Below are positions 19,101 to 25,905 of a stretch of DNA of 64,000 bases, one piece after another. Origin of the DNA: Saprospiraceae bacterium. Lineage in GTDB: Bacteria > Bacteroidota > Bacteroidia > Chitinophagales > Saprospiraceae. The DNA lies in the NCBI GenBank assembly GCA_016717655.1, contig JADKFC010000006.1, positions 162,857 to 226,856 of the forward strand. The letters run 5' to 3'. The position numbers and the translations under genes were made by a program. Position 1 is the stretch's first letter, and each line of letters starts with the position of its first letter. The notes under the pieces are model-generated. The model did no database searches. It was given only the letters and a program-made list of their open reading frames with translations, and was not told the origin of the DNA.

Positions 19101-21861
19101 AGCGTACGTTAAATTCTGTTGTGATGACTTAGGATCAGAAATCAGTGTAGTACACCAGGTAATCATGCGAGTATGGGATGATGGCAACATGAACGGCGTA
19201 ATCGGGGATAACCTGATCATCGACGGCATGCAGGATAACTACAACGAGACATGGGCGGACATCAGAGTAGAGAACAAAATTCCACCAGTATTGGTATGTC
19301 CATTGGATGCAACCATTACATGTGATATGGAGTTGAACTTAGCTACCACATGGACAAGTGTAGACAGTGTAAACCTGACAATGACAGGCGGCCCTGCAAC
19401 AGCATATGACCTATGTAACGGAATTGGAGTAGAATACAAAGACACTCCAAGCTGGACCAACACATGTGAAAACGTAGGAAGGATCAGAAGAGAGTTCAGA
19501 GCAGTAAAAGGCGACAAGACCGTAAACTGTTACCAGAACATCACAGTATCAGCCTTACCAAGCACCTTTGTGGTAACCCCACCAAGCAGCAGCGTGTTGG
19601 ATGCACCATGTGATTTCAACGAAGGCGACATCAAAGACAGCGACAAACCAAAAGTACAGGGAGGTCCATGTGATGTAATCGGCGAGAACATCCACATCGA
19701 TACATTCTTATTTGAAGATGGAGTATGTAAAAAATGGAGAGTAACTTATAATTACATCAACTGGTGTACAAGTGAGCAAAAAGGTCCATATGTAAAATAC
19801 TACAAATATAAAGACGATGTTAAACCAGTGTTGACATGTCAAGATCAAATGTTTGCAGCGAACCCAAATCCACAGAATCCAAATGGCAACTGTGAAGGAA
19901 CTGTAAACTTGGAAGCAAGTGCAACAGACGAAGGTGGCTGTACAGCAAATGGCTGGTTGAAATGGCAAGTATTTGTTGACCTATGGGGCAACGGAACAAC
20001 AGACTATGAGTTCTCAAGTTTCTTACCATCAACAGACAACAACTTAGGCAACGACACCAACCAGAATGGTATCAATGACAGATATGTAGCACCAACAGCA
20101 AGTGGAGCAACCTTGAAAGTACCAGCATTTGTATTGGATGCTGAGAACAGTGTACACAAAGTCAGATGGAAAGTAACAGACGGTTGCGGCAACGTAACAG
20201 ACTGCTACAGCACATTCATGGTAGTAGACAAAAAAGCACCAACACCATACTGTATCAGCTTGAGTTCAGCAGTAATGCAGAACGGTCAGGTAGAATTGTG
20301 GGCGATAGACTTCGACAAAGGATCATTTGACAACTGTACACCAAGGAATGCGTTAATGTACACATTCAATGGAGAGTTCCCAGTATGGTCAAGAATCACA
20401 GAGGAGCACTACTTCAAAGGAGCAGGCTTAAGTGCCACAGTAGCAGAATACAATGCAGGCAACGCACAGAGATGGGTACCATCATACAGAAGTTCAGCAA
20501 TGATCTTTAACTGTGACGATGTAGAAGCATCCCCAATCACATTGAACATGAGTGTATGGGATAGCAGACAAAACACAGATTTCTGTTCAGTAGAATTGAC
20601 ATTGGTAGACAACCAGGGAGCATGTGGTGGAAGCCGCATGAGTGTAGGTGGAGACATCAAAACTGAAAAGGGACTGGGCATCAAAAATGTAGCCGTAAAA
20701 CTGAGGAGCAATCAGGCAGGCATGGAAAAACAACGACTGACAGATGTAAGCGGAGACTATATGTTTGGAGACTTACCGGTCATGGTAGACTACCACATCA
20801 CAGGTGAGAAACGAGACGACTGGATGAATGGAGTAAGTACCTTAGACCTGGTGATGATCCAACGTCACATCCTGGGAGTAGCACCTTTTAACAATGGCTA
20901 TAAGATGGTAGCTGCGGATGTAAACAACGACGTCAAGGGTAACAGCGAGCGACCTGGTGATATTGAGAAAGATGATCCTGGGATTGATAGCTGAGTTGCC
21001 AAACAACGATAGCTGGCGCTTCCTGGATGCAGCCAATCCGATTGTAGATGTACAGAACCCATGGCCATTGGATGAAGAGATTGTAATAGAAGGCGTTGAC
21101 CATGACATGATGCAGGAGCACTTTATGGGTGTGAAAGTAGGAGACGTGAGTCAGGATGCGAGTGCAAATGGCATTGAGGCAGAGACAGAACATCATCCAG
21201 ATTGATATTGCAGGCAGAAGATAGAGAAGTGAAAGCCGGTGAGCTGGTAAGAATGGACATCAGGGCCGATCAAATGGACAATGTCAATGGCATGCAGTTT
21301 ACCCTGAGAATGCAAGGCTTTGTAGTAGAAGGCATAGAGTCCGGCAAGCTAACGGTAGATGGAAGCAATTACGGCAGTCCTGCAGCAGGAGAAATGACCT
21401 TTAGCTGGTCTGATGAAAACGGAGTAAGTGCAGGCAGCGATGAAGTGTTGTTTACCGTAATTCTGAGGTCAGAGCAGGGCGGCAAAATGAGTGAAATGAT
21501 AGAGCTGGGATCATGGACCACAAGGGCTGAAAGTTATAGCGGCGAAGAATTTGAGGTAAGTAAGGTAGAATTGAGGATAGGAAAAGAAGATGAAGTTGGC
21601 AGTTTTGCCCTTTATCAGAATGAGCCCAACCCATTCAGAACTTCAACTTTAATTGGGTATAGAATTCCAAATAAAGAGACCGTAGAATTGAGCGTTAGCG
21701 ATGTTACTGGAAAGATATTGTTTAAGCGGAAAATAGATTCTAATCGCGGATATAATTCAATAGAAATCGAAAGAAAATTATTCCCTGTTACCGGCATTTA
21801 TTATTATACTGTAACAGCTGGATCATTTACAGCAACCAAAGGGTTGGTTGTTTTAGAATAA
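11021..21861 (+). CDS. Single giant (about 3600 aa) T9SS-secreted cell-surface adhesin, read here as 7 ORF fragments because of 6 frame breaks
   Basis: Each fragment continues seamlessly in the next frame across a short homopolymer, for example FRDDGQLF|GVTGDG, GTGSF|SPSTSTLNA, ITDAK|GCRGTASIDV and DVNNDVK|VTASDLVILRKMILG. There is one N-terminal signal peptide and one C-terminal sorting domain (YQNEPNPF...GIYYYTV). Confidence 0.8.
13057..13407 (+). CDS. Adhesin fragment 2/7
   Basis: Open in frame 1 from 13021. Continues fragment 1 (..AYASNPAIVNGVNY..). Confidence 0.6.
   Translation: MAYASNPAIVNGVNYRKTNLIAGASPFQDSMWLVNLDLLTVVRRLGPTLPGFTITGINGLTTHPTTGEHYAILKVSGVSGRILAKINALTGVCTQIGNLGDNFSSISFRDDGQLLA
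13425..14225 (+). CDS. Adhesin fragment 3/7
   Basis: Frame 3 is open upstream of the listed Met (..GVTGDGATVPETMYLIDH..). Ends in a NAGQDVTICAST module. Confidence 0.6.
   Translation: MPETMYLIDHTNATKVFATSLGNGADGEVILHVPESNAFYHWSGNSTMVFEKIQDTPPYSITNIPVSGAPGGETFGAYYLGGGEILISNIASSFKLWDTVGVVALGSLMSLPDDMRGLINQCCSSSVTAVGSTMFCGDPVELQVIGGESAFQWYLNGSAIPNADNSTYQATMPGLYNCIYTDSCGVRDSVEVGIQVTTGNAATSNAGQDVTICASTTTISLLGVIGGTVSTGTWSTTGTGSFLLPHLPSMPSTHSVQQTLLLMLLL
14060..17011 (+). CDS. Adhesin fragment 4/7: array of about 90-aa NAG-x-D-x-x-x-C modules, including the near-identical 183-aa tandem units
   Basis: Repeated ..NAGPDQTVCASDTL.. and ..NAGNDTTVCAST..GNIGGAAS..WSTSGTGTF..LTTNDPTGLC.. modules. Confidence 0.75.
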   Translation: MCIDHHHQPFRSHRWHRKYRYLVYNRNRIFSPSTSTLNAIYTFSAADTAANAVTLILTSADPAGACPSAIDSMVLTIDPASIINAGPDQTVCASDTLFLNATLSGVANMMVWQLNSAFGSFVGPDTSPNAKFVLNANGMAQSSISFGAMSNDPGNNVCQGGLDTVVFFINPKAIANAGNDTTVCASTIQIPLHGNIGGAASNASWSTSGTGTFIPSNTALNASYVFSAADTAANEVFLILTTNDPTGLCGPDTDSLRVQIDPASIINVGPDQIVCASDTLYLNATLSGVANMMVWQLNSAFGSFVGPDTSPNAKFVLNANGMAQSSISFGAMSNDPGNNVCQGGVDTVVYFINSNAVANAGNDTTVCASTIQIPLHGNIGGAASNASWSTSGTGTFVPSNTALNASYVFSAADTAANEVYLILTTNDPTGLCGPDTDSLRVQIDPASIINAGPDQTVCASDTLYLNATLSGVTNMMVWQLNSAFGSFVGPDTSPNAKFVLNANGMAQTSISFGAMSNDPGNNVCQGGVDTVVYFINPKAIVDAGANQTICSSTASVSLSGTIGGSASSATWSGGSGSFANANSLNTTYNIGAGDITAGSVKLFLTTNDPAGPCRPVRDSVIISIERAATVNAGADQQLCANSPVIALAGTIGGSASSGTWMAPPLAGSFSPSNQPVSNYTPTLAEINSGSITFTLVTNDPQGVCPAVSDVMVVLINPVPNAVATPANQTSCSESAITTIVLSGNAAGTVYSWTRTNPAVTGIPTSGTGNIAGTLVNAGLIPELVTFTITPSFTRNGFTCTGTAISATITVNPRPQVNVVASQLLCANTLTQAISFTGAPPSAFYTWTNNNPSIGLAANGSGNIPAFTAINNTGADIIATITVTPNYANGNLTCQGAPRVFPITVFPSLGITPKPDVEVCQDEAINLGINFVQLCPPPYSFNWTGPNGFTSSAAPVIDPSIWNIHTGVYNVTITDAKVVEELPP
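14291..15680 (+). repeat. Intragenic tandem repeat, 549-bp period, about 2.5 near-identical copies
   Basis: GATCCGGC..TATTAT(C/T)AATG starts at 14291, 14840 and 15389. Units 1 and 2 differ at about 10 of 183 encoded residues. Copy 3 diverges after about 97 aa. Confidence 0.9.
17059..20994 (+). CDS. Adhesin fragment 5/7: Cys-rich HYR-like modules, CarboxypepD_reg-like module, first half of a dockerin-like module
   Basis: APTFIVKDVTVSVNPWGCVANFQAP..DNCD-type HYR motifs; GGDIKTEKGLGIKNVAVKL..TDVSGDYMF; NGVSTLDLVMIQRHILG. Confidence 0.75.
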   Translation: MFVCEGNTATVNSLAFVANGSPLSYILQVQQGAGFTTVATNATGSFIIPNVSPAMNGSVYRILAHADHNPMPDCETSSQLIQLFVQNDQGLACNNMVNYSIDENCIGLITADMVMEGDFINDFYIITLTNAAGQPVPNPIGQEHIGEILTATITDICTGNSCSGNISIEDKLAPIVECDLPMCDLLTLSGEWDSSDNAFSPGQCWAFDGFTPNPNILYDVLQFTVAVGGDYTFTMDDSPNYDGIAGIFAGNFDANDPCANLIGGDDDINGIFETEPSFTITLTPGTYYLVSSTWTSGQMGIYNWTFSGPAALQTPCDFTCLDKEGILNGDIEIPEPVVFDCSDYTVTHKVTVTGDECIGENLVIEYLVKDKFGYQSNCIQTIAIRPLGIDDVIYPVSPVILTCNSGVSPEEISNYFEDVSYGYPHVYNFLGDVQPLDNSTCNVYAAYHDATIAACGYQCLGNSKVVRTWTLLDWCTQETATYVQIIKAVDTKAPTFIVKDVTVSVNPWGCVANFQAPMPWELQDNCDAHPVWWLEGPAGVVITGNSTDGYFVTGAPKGTHAFTYKAVDCCGNIGSAVAYITVFDRSAPVAVAKQNIVISLTGSGTGGDGAAKLYTWHVDNGSYDHCTAVKLELRRPDGAPDCGNLGIDDHNNNVTFDDDDSASPQVRWAHPQDDRDDTDNGAYVKFCCDDLGSEISVVHQVIMRVWDDGNMNGVIGDNLIIDGMQDNYNETWADIRVENKIPPVLVCPLDATITCDMELNLATTWTSVDSVNLTMTGGPATAYDLCNGIGVEYKDTPSWTNTCENVGRIRREFRAVKGDKTVNCYQNITVSALPSTFVVTPPSSSVLDAPCDFNEGDIKDSDKPKVQGGPCDVIGENIHIDTFLFEDGVCKKWRVTYNYINWCTSEQKGPYVKYYKYKDDVKPVLTCQDQMFAANPNPQNPNGNCEGTVNLEASATDEGGCTANGWLKWQVFVDLWGNGTTDYEFSSFLPSTDNNLGNDTNQNGINDRYVAPTASGATLKVPAFVLDAENSVHKVRWKVTDGCGNVTDCYSTFMVVDKKAPTPYCISLSSAVMQNGQVELWAIDFDKGSFDNCTPRNALMYTFNGEFPVWSRITEEHYFKGAGLSATVAEYNAGNAQRWVPSYRSSAMIFNCDDVEASPITLNMSVWDSRQNTDFCSVELTLVDNQGACGGSRMSVGGDIKTEKGLGIKNVAVKLRSNQAGMEKQRLTDVSGDYMFGDLPVMVDYHITGEKRDDWMNGVSTLDLVMIQRHILGVAPFNNGYKMVAADVNNDVKGNSERPGDIEKDDPGIDS
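20957..21205 (+). CDS. Adhesin fragment 6/7 (second dockerin-like segment)
   Basis: The frame is open upstream of the listed Met, giving ..VTASDLVILRKMILGLIAELPNNDSWRFLD.. Confidence 0.6.
   Translation: MILRKMILGLIAELPNNDSWRFLDAANPIVDVQNPWPLDEEIVIEGVDHDMMQEHFMGVKVGDVSQDASANGIEAETEHHPD
21202..21861 (+). CDS. Adhesin fragment 7/7: cohesin-like module plus T9SS C-terminal sorting domain
   Basis: LQAEDREVKAGELVRMDIRADQMDNVNGMQFTLRMQG (cohesin-like). The tail is YQNEPNPFRTSTLIGYRIP..GIYYYTVTAGSFTATKGLVVLE. Confidence 0.75.
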   Translation: MILQAEDREVKAGELVRMDIRADQMDNVNGMQFTLRMQGFVVEGIESGKLTVDGSNYGSPAAGEMTFSWSDENGVSAGSDEVLFTVILRSEQGGKMSEMIELGSWTTRAESYSGEEFEVSKVELRIGKEDEVGSFALYQNEPNPFRTSTLIGYRIPNKETVELSVSDVTGKILFKRKIDSNRGYNSIEIERKLFPVTGIYYYTVTAGSFTATKGLVVLE

Positions 21862-21880
21862 TTTAATTTTAAAAGAAATA

Positions 21881-21916
21881 AAATCACCGGAAAGGGCTTC
21901 CGGTGATTTTTTATTT
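21881..21916 (+). terminator. Rho-independent terminator of the adhesin gene
   Basis: AATCACCGGAA-AGGGC-TTCCGGTGATT followed by a T-tract, 20 nt after the stop codon. Confidence 0.8.
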
Positions 21917-21944
21917 AAAAAATATTAAGCAATGAACGAAGAGT

Positions 21945-22556
21945 TTGTGTTACCTGCTCTCAGCAGAAAATATTGATAAATACAAGTTGTGGTGGAATAC
22001 CTTAACGGATCCCTGGAAAATAGCATTCAACGCTGTTTACACAAATGCGTACACTACTGATCTACCAGGTGATGACACATTAAATTTGATCTGCAATGTA
22101 TCCGTTATGCGTTTTGCAGGCCCCACTGCCATGTACCCCAATATGCAAACTGAGTTGGAAGATATGAGTGGCATATCGCAACTAAATAATTTGAAGATTC
22201 TGGTAGTGGTCAACCACAATGTCACATCATTGAAAGGAGTTGAAGGGCTCAATAATCTTGAATCCTTGTTTGTGTTTGAAAATAAAATTTGTGACATTAG
22301 TAGTGTAAGCAGCCTTACCAATCTAAAGGAATTTTATTTCCAATCCAATTTGGTAACTTCATTAAAGGATTTGTCTCAAAACTTTAATTTAAGAACGATT
22401 TATTGCAGCAGAAACAAACTGGAAAACCTCGAGGGTATTACGGAGCAACATGCAGATCAATTGACAAATGTTATTTGTTTACCCAATGAATTGTTGAAAG
22501 ACAGAGATATCATTCAATTTGAGAATAAGGTGGGTATAAGGTGTAATAAAGGGTAA
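21945..22556 (+). CDS. Small leucine-rich-repeat (LRR) protein
   Basis: About 22-aa repeats: LNNLKILVVVNHNVTSLKGVEGLNNLESLFVFENKICDISSVSSLTNLKEFYFQSN... The start is uncertain: TTG at 21945, or ATG at 21932 in another frame. Confidence 0.65.
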   Translation: MCYLLSAENIDKYKLWWNTLTDPWKIAFNAVYTNAYTTDLPGDDTLNLICNVSVMRFAGPTAMYPNMQTELEDMSGISQLNNLKILVVVNHNVTSLKGVEGLNNLESLFVFENKICDISSVSSLTNLKEFYFQSNLVTSLKDLSQNFNLRTIYCSRNKLENLEGITEQHADQLTNVICLPNELLKDRDIIQFENKVGIRCNKG

Positions 22557-22557
22557 A

Positions 22558-23247
22558 ATGGAACACGATATACACATTATCCAGAATTTATTGAACGAAC
22601 GTGAGCTAAGCATGGTAACCATGGTATTAAGCCAACTGAGTTTTCGGGATGGTTCTGGTACAGCCAGTGATGCGGCCAGGGCGGTGAAAAACAATCTTCA
22701 AGTGCCTAAAAGCGAAGATCATCTGAAACAACAAATTGATGGAATTGTGATGCAGGCTCTTTCATCCAATCCTTATGTTCAAAATAATTTGTTGCCCTAC
22801 AAAGTATTGCCGTGCCTTATTAGCAAGTATGAAGCAGGGATGTATTATGGCAAGCATGTAGATTCACCTCTTATGGCAGATCCCATGGTAGGTATCGTAC
22901 GAACAGATCTTGCTATGACCTTGTTTTTAACGGATGCTTCAGATTATGAAGGAGGAGAACTTTGCCTGGAATTGAATGAAGGAGAGAGGCAAATAAAATT
23001 AAACCGAGGGTCTGCTATTATTTACCCTGCCAGTGTCTTGCATCGTGTCAATACCATAAACTCAGGTCAGCGCATCGCTATAATAACATGGATACAATGT
23101 TTGATTGCAGATATTGAAAAGAGAAAATTGGTAGCTCAGATAAAAAATATCCAAAGCCAACTTGAAGCGTTAGACCCAAAGTCAACAACAGCTTTATCCT
23201 TGCTTCAGGTGTATAGTAACCTCATGAAAATGTGGGTTGAACTTTAG
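22558..23247 (+). CDS. Fe(II)/2-oxoglutarate-dependent PKHD-type hydroxylase (PiuC/YbiX family)
   Basis: The full length looks collinear with my recollection of E. coli YbiX: YYGKHVDSP...RTDLAMTLFLTD..YEGGEL...IYPASVLHRV...ITWIQ. Confidence 0.85.
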   Translation: MEHDIHIIQNLLNERELSMVTMVLSQLSFRDGSGTASDAARAVKNNLQVPKSEDHLKQQIDGIVMQALSSNPYVQNNLLPYKVLPCLISKYEAGMYYGKHVDSPLMADPMVGIVRTDLAMTLFLTDASDYEGGELCLELNEGERQIKLNRGSAIIYPASVLHRVNTINSGQRIAIITWIQCLIADIEKRKLVAQIKNIQSQLEALDPKSTTALSLLQVYSNLMKMWVEL

Positions 23248-24239
23248 TCGTAAATTGGAGAGACATAAAAACCTGGAACATCGGTTATTTTATACTGAAT
23301 TTTAAGTTGACTGGGACAAGGATTATATTTTTCAGGATTAAAGGCCAACAATGGCATCGTAAGGCCTGATTGCTTGTGGCTTATTTTTTCGCCTTCATAA
23401 ACGTTGATTTCGGTAAAAAAATATAGTTGTTCTTGTAGGGGCTCTGTTGCAGAAAAATCAGAGAGTTTAATTGTAAACACTTCAAACTGATTACTCGGGC
23501 ATTTTCCACCTATACTTTTTAAATTGATAAGGTCCATTTTGTTTAAAATAGAATTGGATTGTCGATCCAGTGTTCCCAGACTTACAGTAATATTCTGAGG
23601 AATAAAAACGCCTTTTTCAGCTAATTGTGGACAAAGGTTAATTGTGAGAGGTACCTGCATTTCCTTGCGCAAGGCCAATTGCATGGTTTCAGATAAAATG
23701 ATATCGGGTCTTTCCTTTTCTTCAAATTGGAACTGGGTGCCATCCACCATTAAACTTTGTCTAATCCAGGGTGAAATTCCCAGGACTTCAATGGATTTTT
23801 GTAAAAGGTGAAAAGTTTCGGGAATTATTTCCATCAGCGTAAATTCTATTTCTGCTGGAGTAAATCGAAAAATACTTGGCAGAATTAAGGGAGCATATGG
23901 ACCGGTACCCGCATAACAAAGGTGAATTTTCTTGCCCGGCTTTATTTTTTGCTGTTCTTTTATTGCCTTGTAGACACCCCTGATAAAACTTGTTGTTCTT
24001 TTATAATCTATAAGGCAATGCAAAGCTGAAAGTGCATTGACGGCTTTTCCGTTGGTCAACAATAAATCAGGAGAAAGTTCATTTCTATTTTCATCAATTG
24101 AATGAATGGTATCAAGAGTTCTCAATAGGGACTGACAAGCGTTCCTCAAATCTATAGGAGTAGAAAGGTCGTCAAGGACGATGGAAGTAACCCCGTTTAA
24201 TGTATCAGAAAAGTCGGGATTTATTTGAATGAAAGACAT
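23244..24239 (-). CDS. Hypothetical protein, last gene of the tail-collar operon; only a weak Rossmann/SAM-motif-I-like stretch
   Basis: 331-aa uninterrupted ORF, 36 nt downstream of the preceding gene. ..KKIHLCYAGTGPYAPLILP.. is the only recognisable motif. Confidence 0.5.
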   Translation of the reverse strand: MSFIQINPDFSDTLNGVTSIVLDDLSTPIDLRNACQSLLRTLDTIHSIDENRNELSPDLLLTNGKAVNALSALHCLIDYKRTTSFIRGVYKAIKEQQKIKPGKKIHLCYAGTGPYAPLILPSIFRFTPAEIEFTLMEIIPETFHLLQKSIEVLGISPWIRQSLMVDGTQFQFEEKERPDIILSETMQLALRKEMQVPLTINLCPQLAEKGVFIPQNITVSLGTLDRQSNSILNKMDLINLKSIGGKCPSNQFEVFTIKLSDFSATEPLQEQLYFFTEINVYEGEKISHKQSGLTMPLLAFNPEKYNPCPSQLKIQYKITDVPGFYVSPIYD

Positions 24240-24275
24240 AAAATAGACTGTAGTACAGGTCTTTTGGGTATGTAC

Positions 24276-24800
24276 CTATACTGAAATAACATTATTGTCC
24301 ATAAACATCAAGTCATTTTCCGTCATGTAGGCAAACAAAACCTTTTTGTTTTTTTGAGCAAAAGACCCATTAAGTGATTCACATTTATGGTTGTCTAAAT
24401 CAGAAGGTCGATCCAGCCATAAGTCAGCATTTAAATTTTTGAGTTCCATTAAAGCCGAGTGTCCTGGCTTGTGTCCAACGACACAAATGACATCAATAGG
24501 TATATTTTTATTTAGAACCTCATTGAAATTTGAATAGGTAGAGAACTTTGAGGTGTTACCCAAATTATCAACTTGAACCAGACCTGTAATTTGGATTTGG
24601 GAGTGGTTTGACAACTTATCCATTAAGAATTCACTTGATGGCCCTTTACCCCAAACAAGCACGTTGATTTTACTTCCATATATGCTGGTAAATGATTTTT
24701 CAGAAACGGATTTGACACCATTCAATTTAAACCATGCACCCGTTGAAGCCAGCACCAATCCAGCGCCAGATAATGTTACAAACTTTCTCCTATTGAGCAT
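24276..24800 (-). CDS. Hypothetical exported protein with Tat-type signal and Rossmann-like N-terminus
   Basis: MLNRRKFVTLSGAGLVLASTGA (twin-arginine-like), then INVLVWGKGPSS, reminiscent of a Gfo/Idh/MocA N-terminal fold. Only 174 aa. Confidence 0.5.
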   Translation of the reverse strand: MLNRRKFVTLSGAGLVLASTGAWFKLNGVKSVSEKSFTSIYGSKINVLVWGKGPSSEFLMDKLSNHSQIQITGLVQVDNLGNTSKFSTYSNFNEVLNKNIPIDVICVVGHKPGHSALMELKNLNADLWLDRPSDLDNHKCESLNGSFAQKNKKVLFAYMTENDLMFMDNNVISV

Positions 24801-24823
24801 TTGTTATTTTATTAGGGATTAAA

Positions 24824-25354
24824 TTAAGGACGAACAGGAAATACTCCATTTGTACAGATGATAAAATTCATTCCCAGATAGGGTTTTCTCATCGATATGG
24901 GTAGATTACTGCCATTGGTTCCCAACGTCAAGACACCTGGCACCATTGAACCACTGATGGCTTGAGTACTGTATATGCTTTTGTCATTTAAGGTAAGTAC
25001 ATTCCCAATTGGCGAATCATCGCCTGCTTCTTCTTCAGAAACGGCAATCGAAGCATTGATTGCGTGGATGTGGGCAGGTAAATTATTGGAGGTCAGTGTA
25101 AGATTTTCAACTCCCCACACCTCCCCTAAATCCACATAACTTAAACCAGGACCTTGCCCAATTCCTACTGCAGCTCTTCCTCTCATATCCGGTAAGCCAA
25201 ATGTACTTGATCCATTACCACCATAAGTAGTTCCTAATATTGAGAACAAAGCTGTATTTGAAGCAATATTTATTATTTGCCCTTGACAAAAAGCCCAAGT
25301 TAGGGGATTAAAAGTTCCCGCAAAAAGTATTATTTGTGCGATTGTACCTTCCAT
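24824..25354 (-). CDS. Phage-tail-collar-domain protein (MdpB-like), paralog 3
   Basis: FAGTFNPLTWAFCQGQIINIASNTALFSILGTTYGGNGSSTFGLPDMRGR..., with the C-terminal ..KPYLGMNFIICTNGVFPVR motif. Confidence 0.85.
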   Translation of the reverse strand: MEGTIAQIILFAGTFNPLTWAFCQGQIINIASNTALFSILGTTYGGNGSSTFGLPDMRGRAAVGIGQGPGLSYVDLGEVWGVENLTLTSNNLPAHIHAINASIAVSEEEAGDDSPIGNVLTLNDKSIYSTQAISGSMVPGVLTLGTNGSNLPISMRKPYLGMNFIICTNGVFPVRP

Positions 25355-25364
25355 TTTTTATTAA

Positions 25365-25895
25365 TTAAGCTCTCGAAGGGAAAATCCCTGCGATACAGAT
25401 GATAAAATGAATGCCTATATAGGGTTGTTTAATACTAAATGGTTGTGATCCACCGGCAGCAGCCACGGTAGCCGTTACCCCGCCGAGCCCACCTATTCCT
25501 GCTCCATCAGGCCTAAAGTAATTCGTGCCTGCCGCCGGAATTGCTCCTGCTGGTTCTTCAGTATTGGCATTGGCAGAAGTGGCACCTACCGTTAGAGTAG
25601 CAGTGTGGGTGTGACTTGGCATTTGGGCTGTTGTTAAAGTTAATGAATTGATTCCACTAACTTCTCCCAGCGTAATATTTGACAAGCCCGGACCTTGTCC
25701 TGTGCCAACAGGTGTTCTTCCCCGAAGATCAGGGAGCCCAAAGGTTACAATGCCATTTCCACCGTATGTTGTGCCTACTAATGAAAATAGCGCTGAGTTT
25801 TGTTGAATTGCAAGTAATGCCCCATTGCAATAAGCCCAATATTTGGGATTAAAATCAGCAGCAAACATTACTATACTGGCCATTGCTGGATCCAT
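25365..25895 (-). CDS. Phage-tail-collar-domain protein (MdpB-like), paralog 2
   Basis: FAADFNPKYWAYCNGALLAIQQNSALFSLVGTTYGGNGIVTFGLPDLRGR... and ..QPYIGIHFIICIAGIFPSR. Confidence 0.85.
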   Translation of the reverse strand: MDPAMASIVMFAADFNPKYWAYCNGALLAIQQNSALFSLVGTTYGGNGIVTFGLPDLRGRTPVGTGQGPGLSNITLGEVSGINSLTLTTAQMPSHTHTATLTVGATSANANTEEPAGAIPAAGTNYFRPDGAGIGGLGGVTATVAAAGGSQPFSIKQPYIGIHFIICIAGIFPSRA

Positions 25896-25905
25896 ATCTT
25901 ATAAT

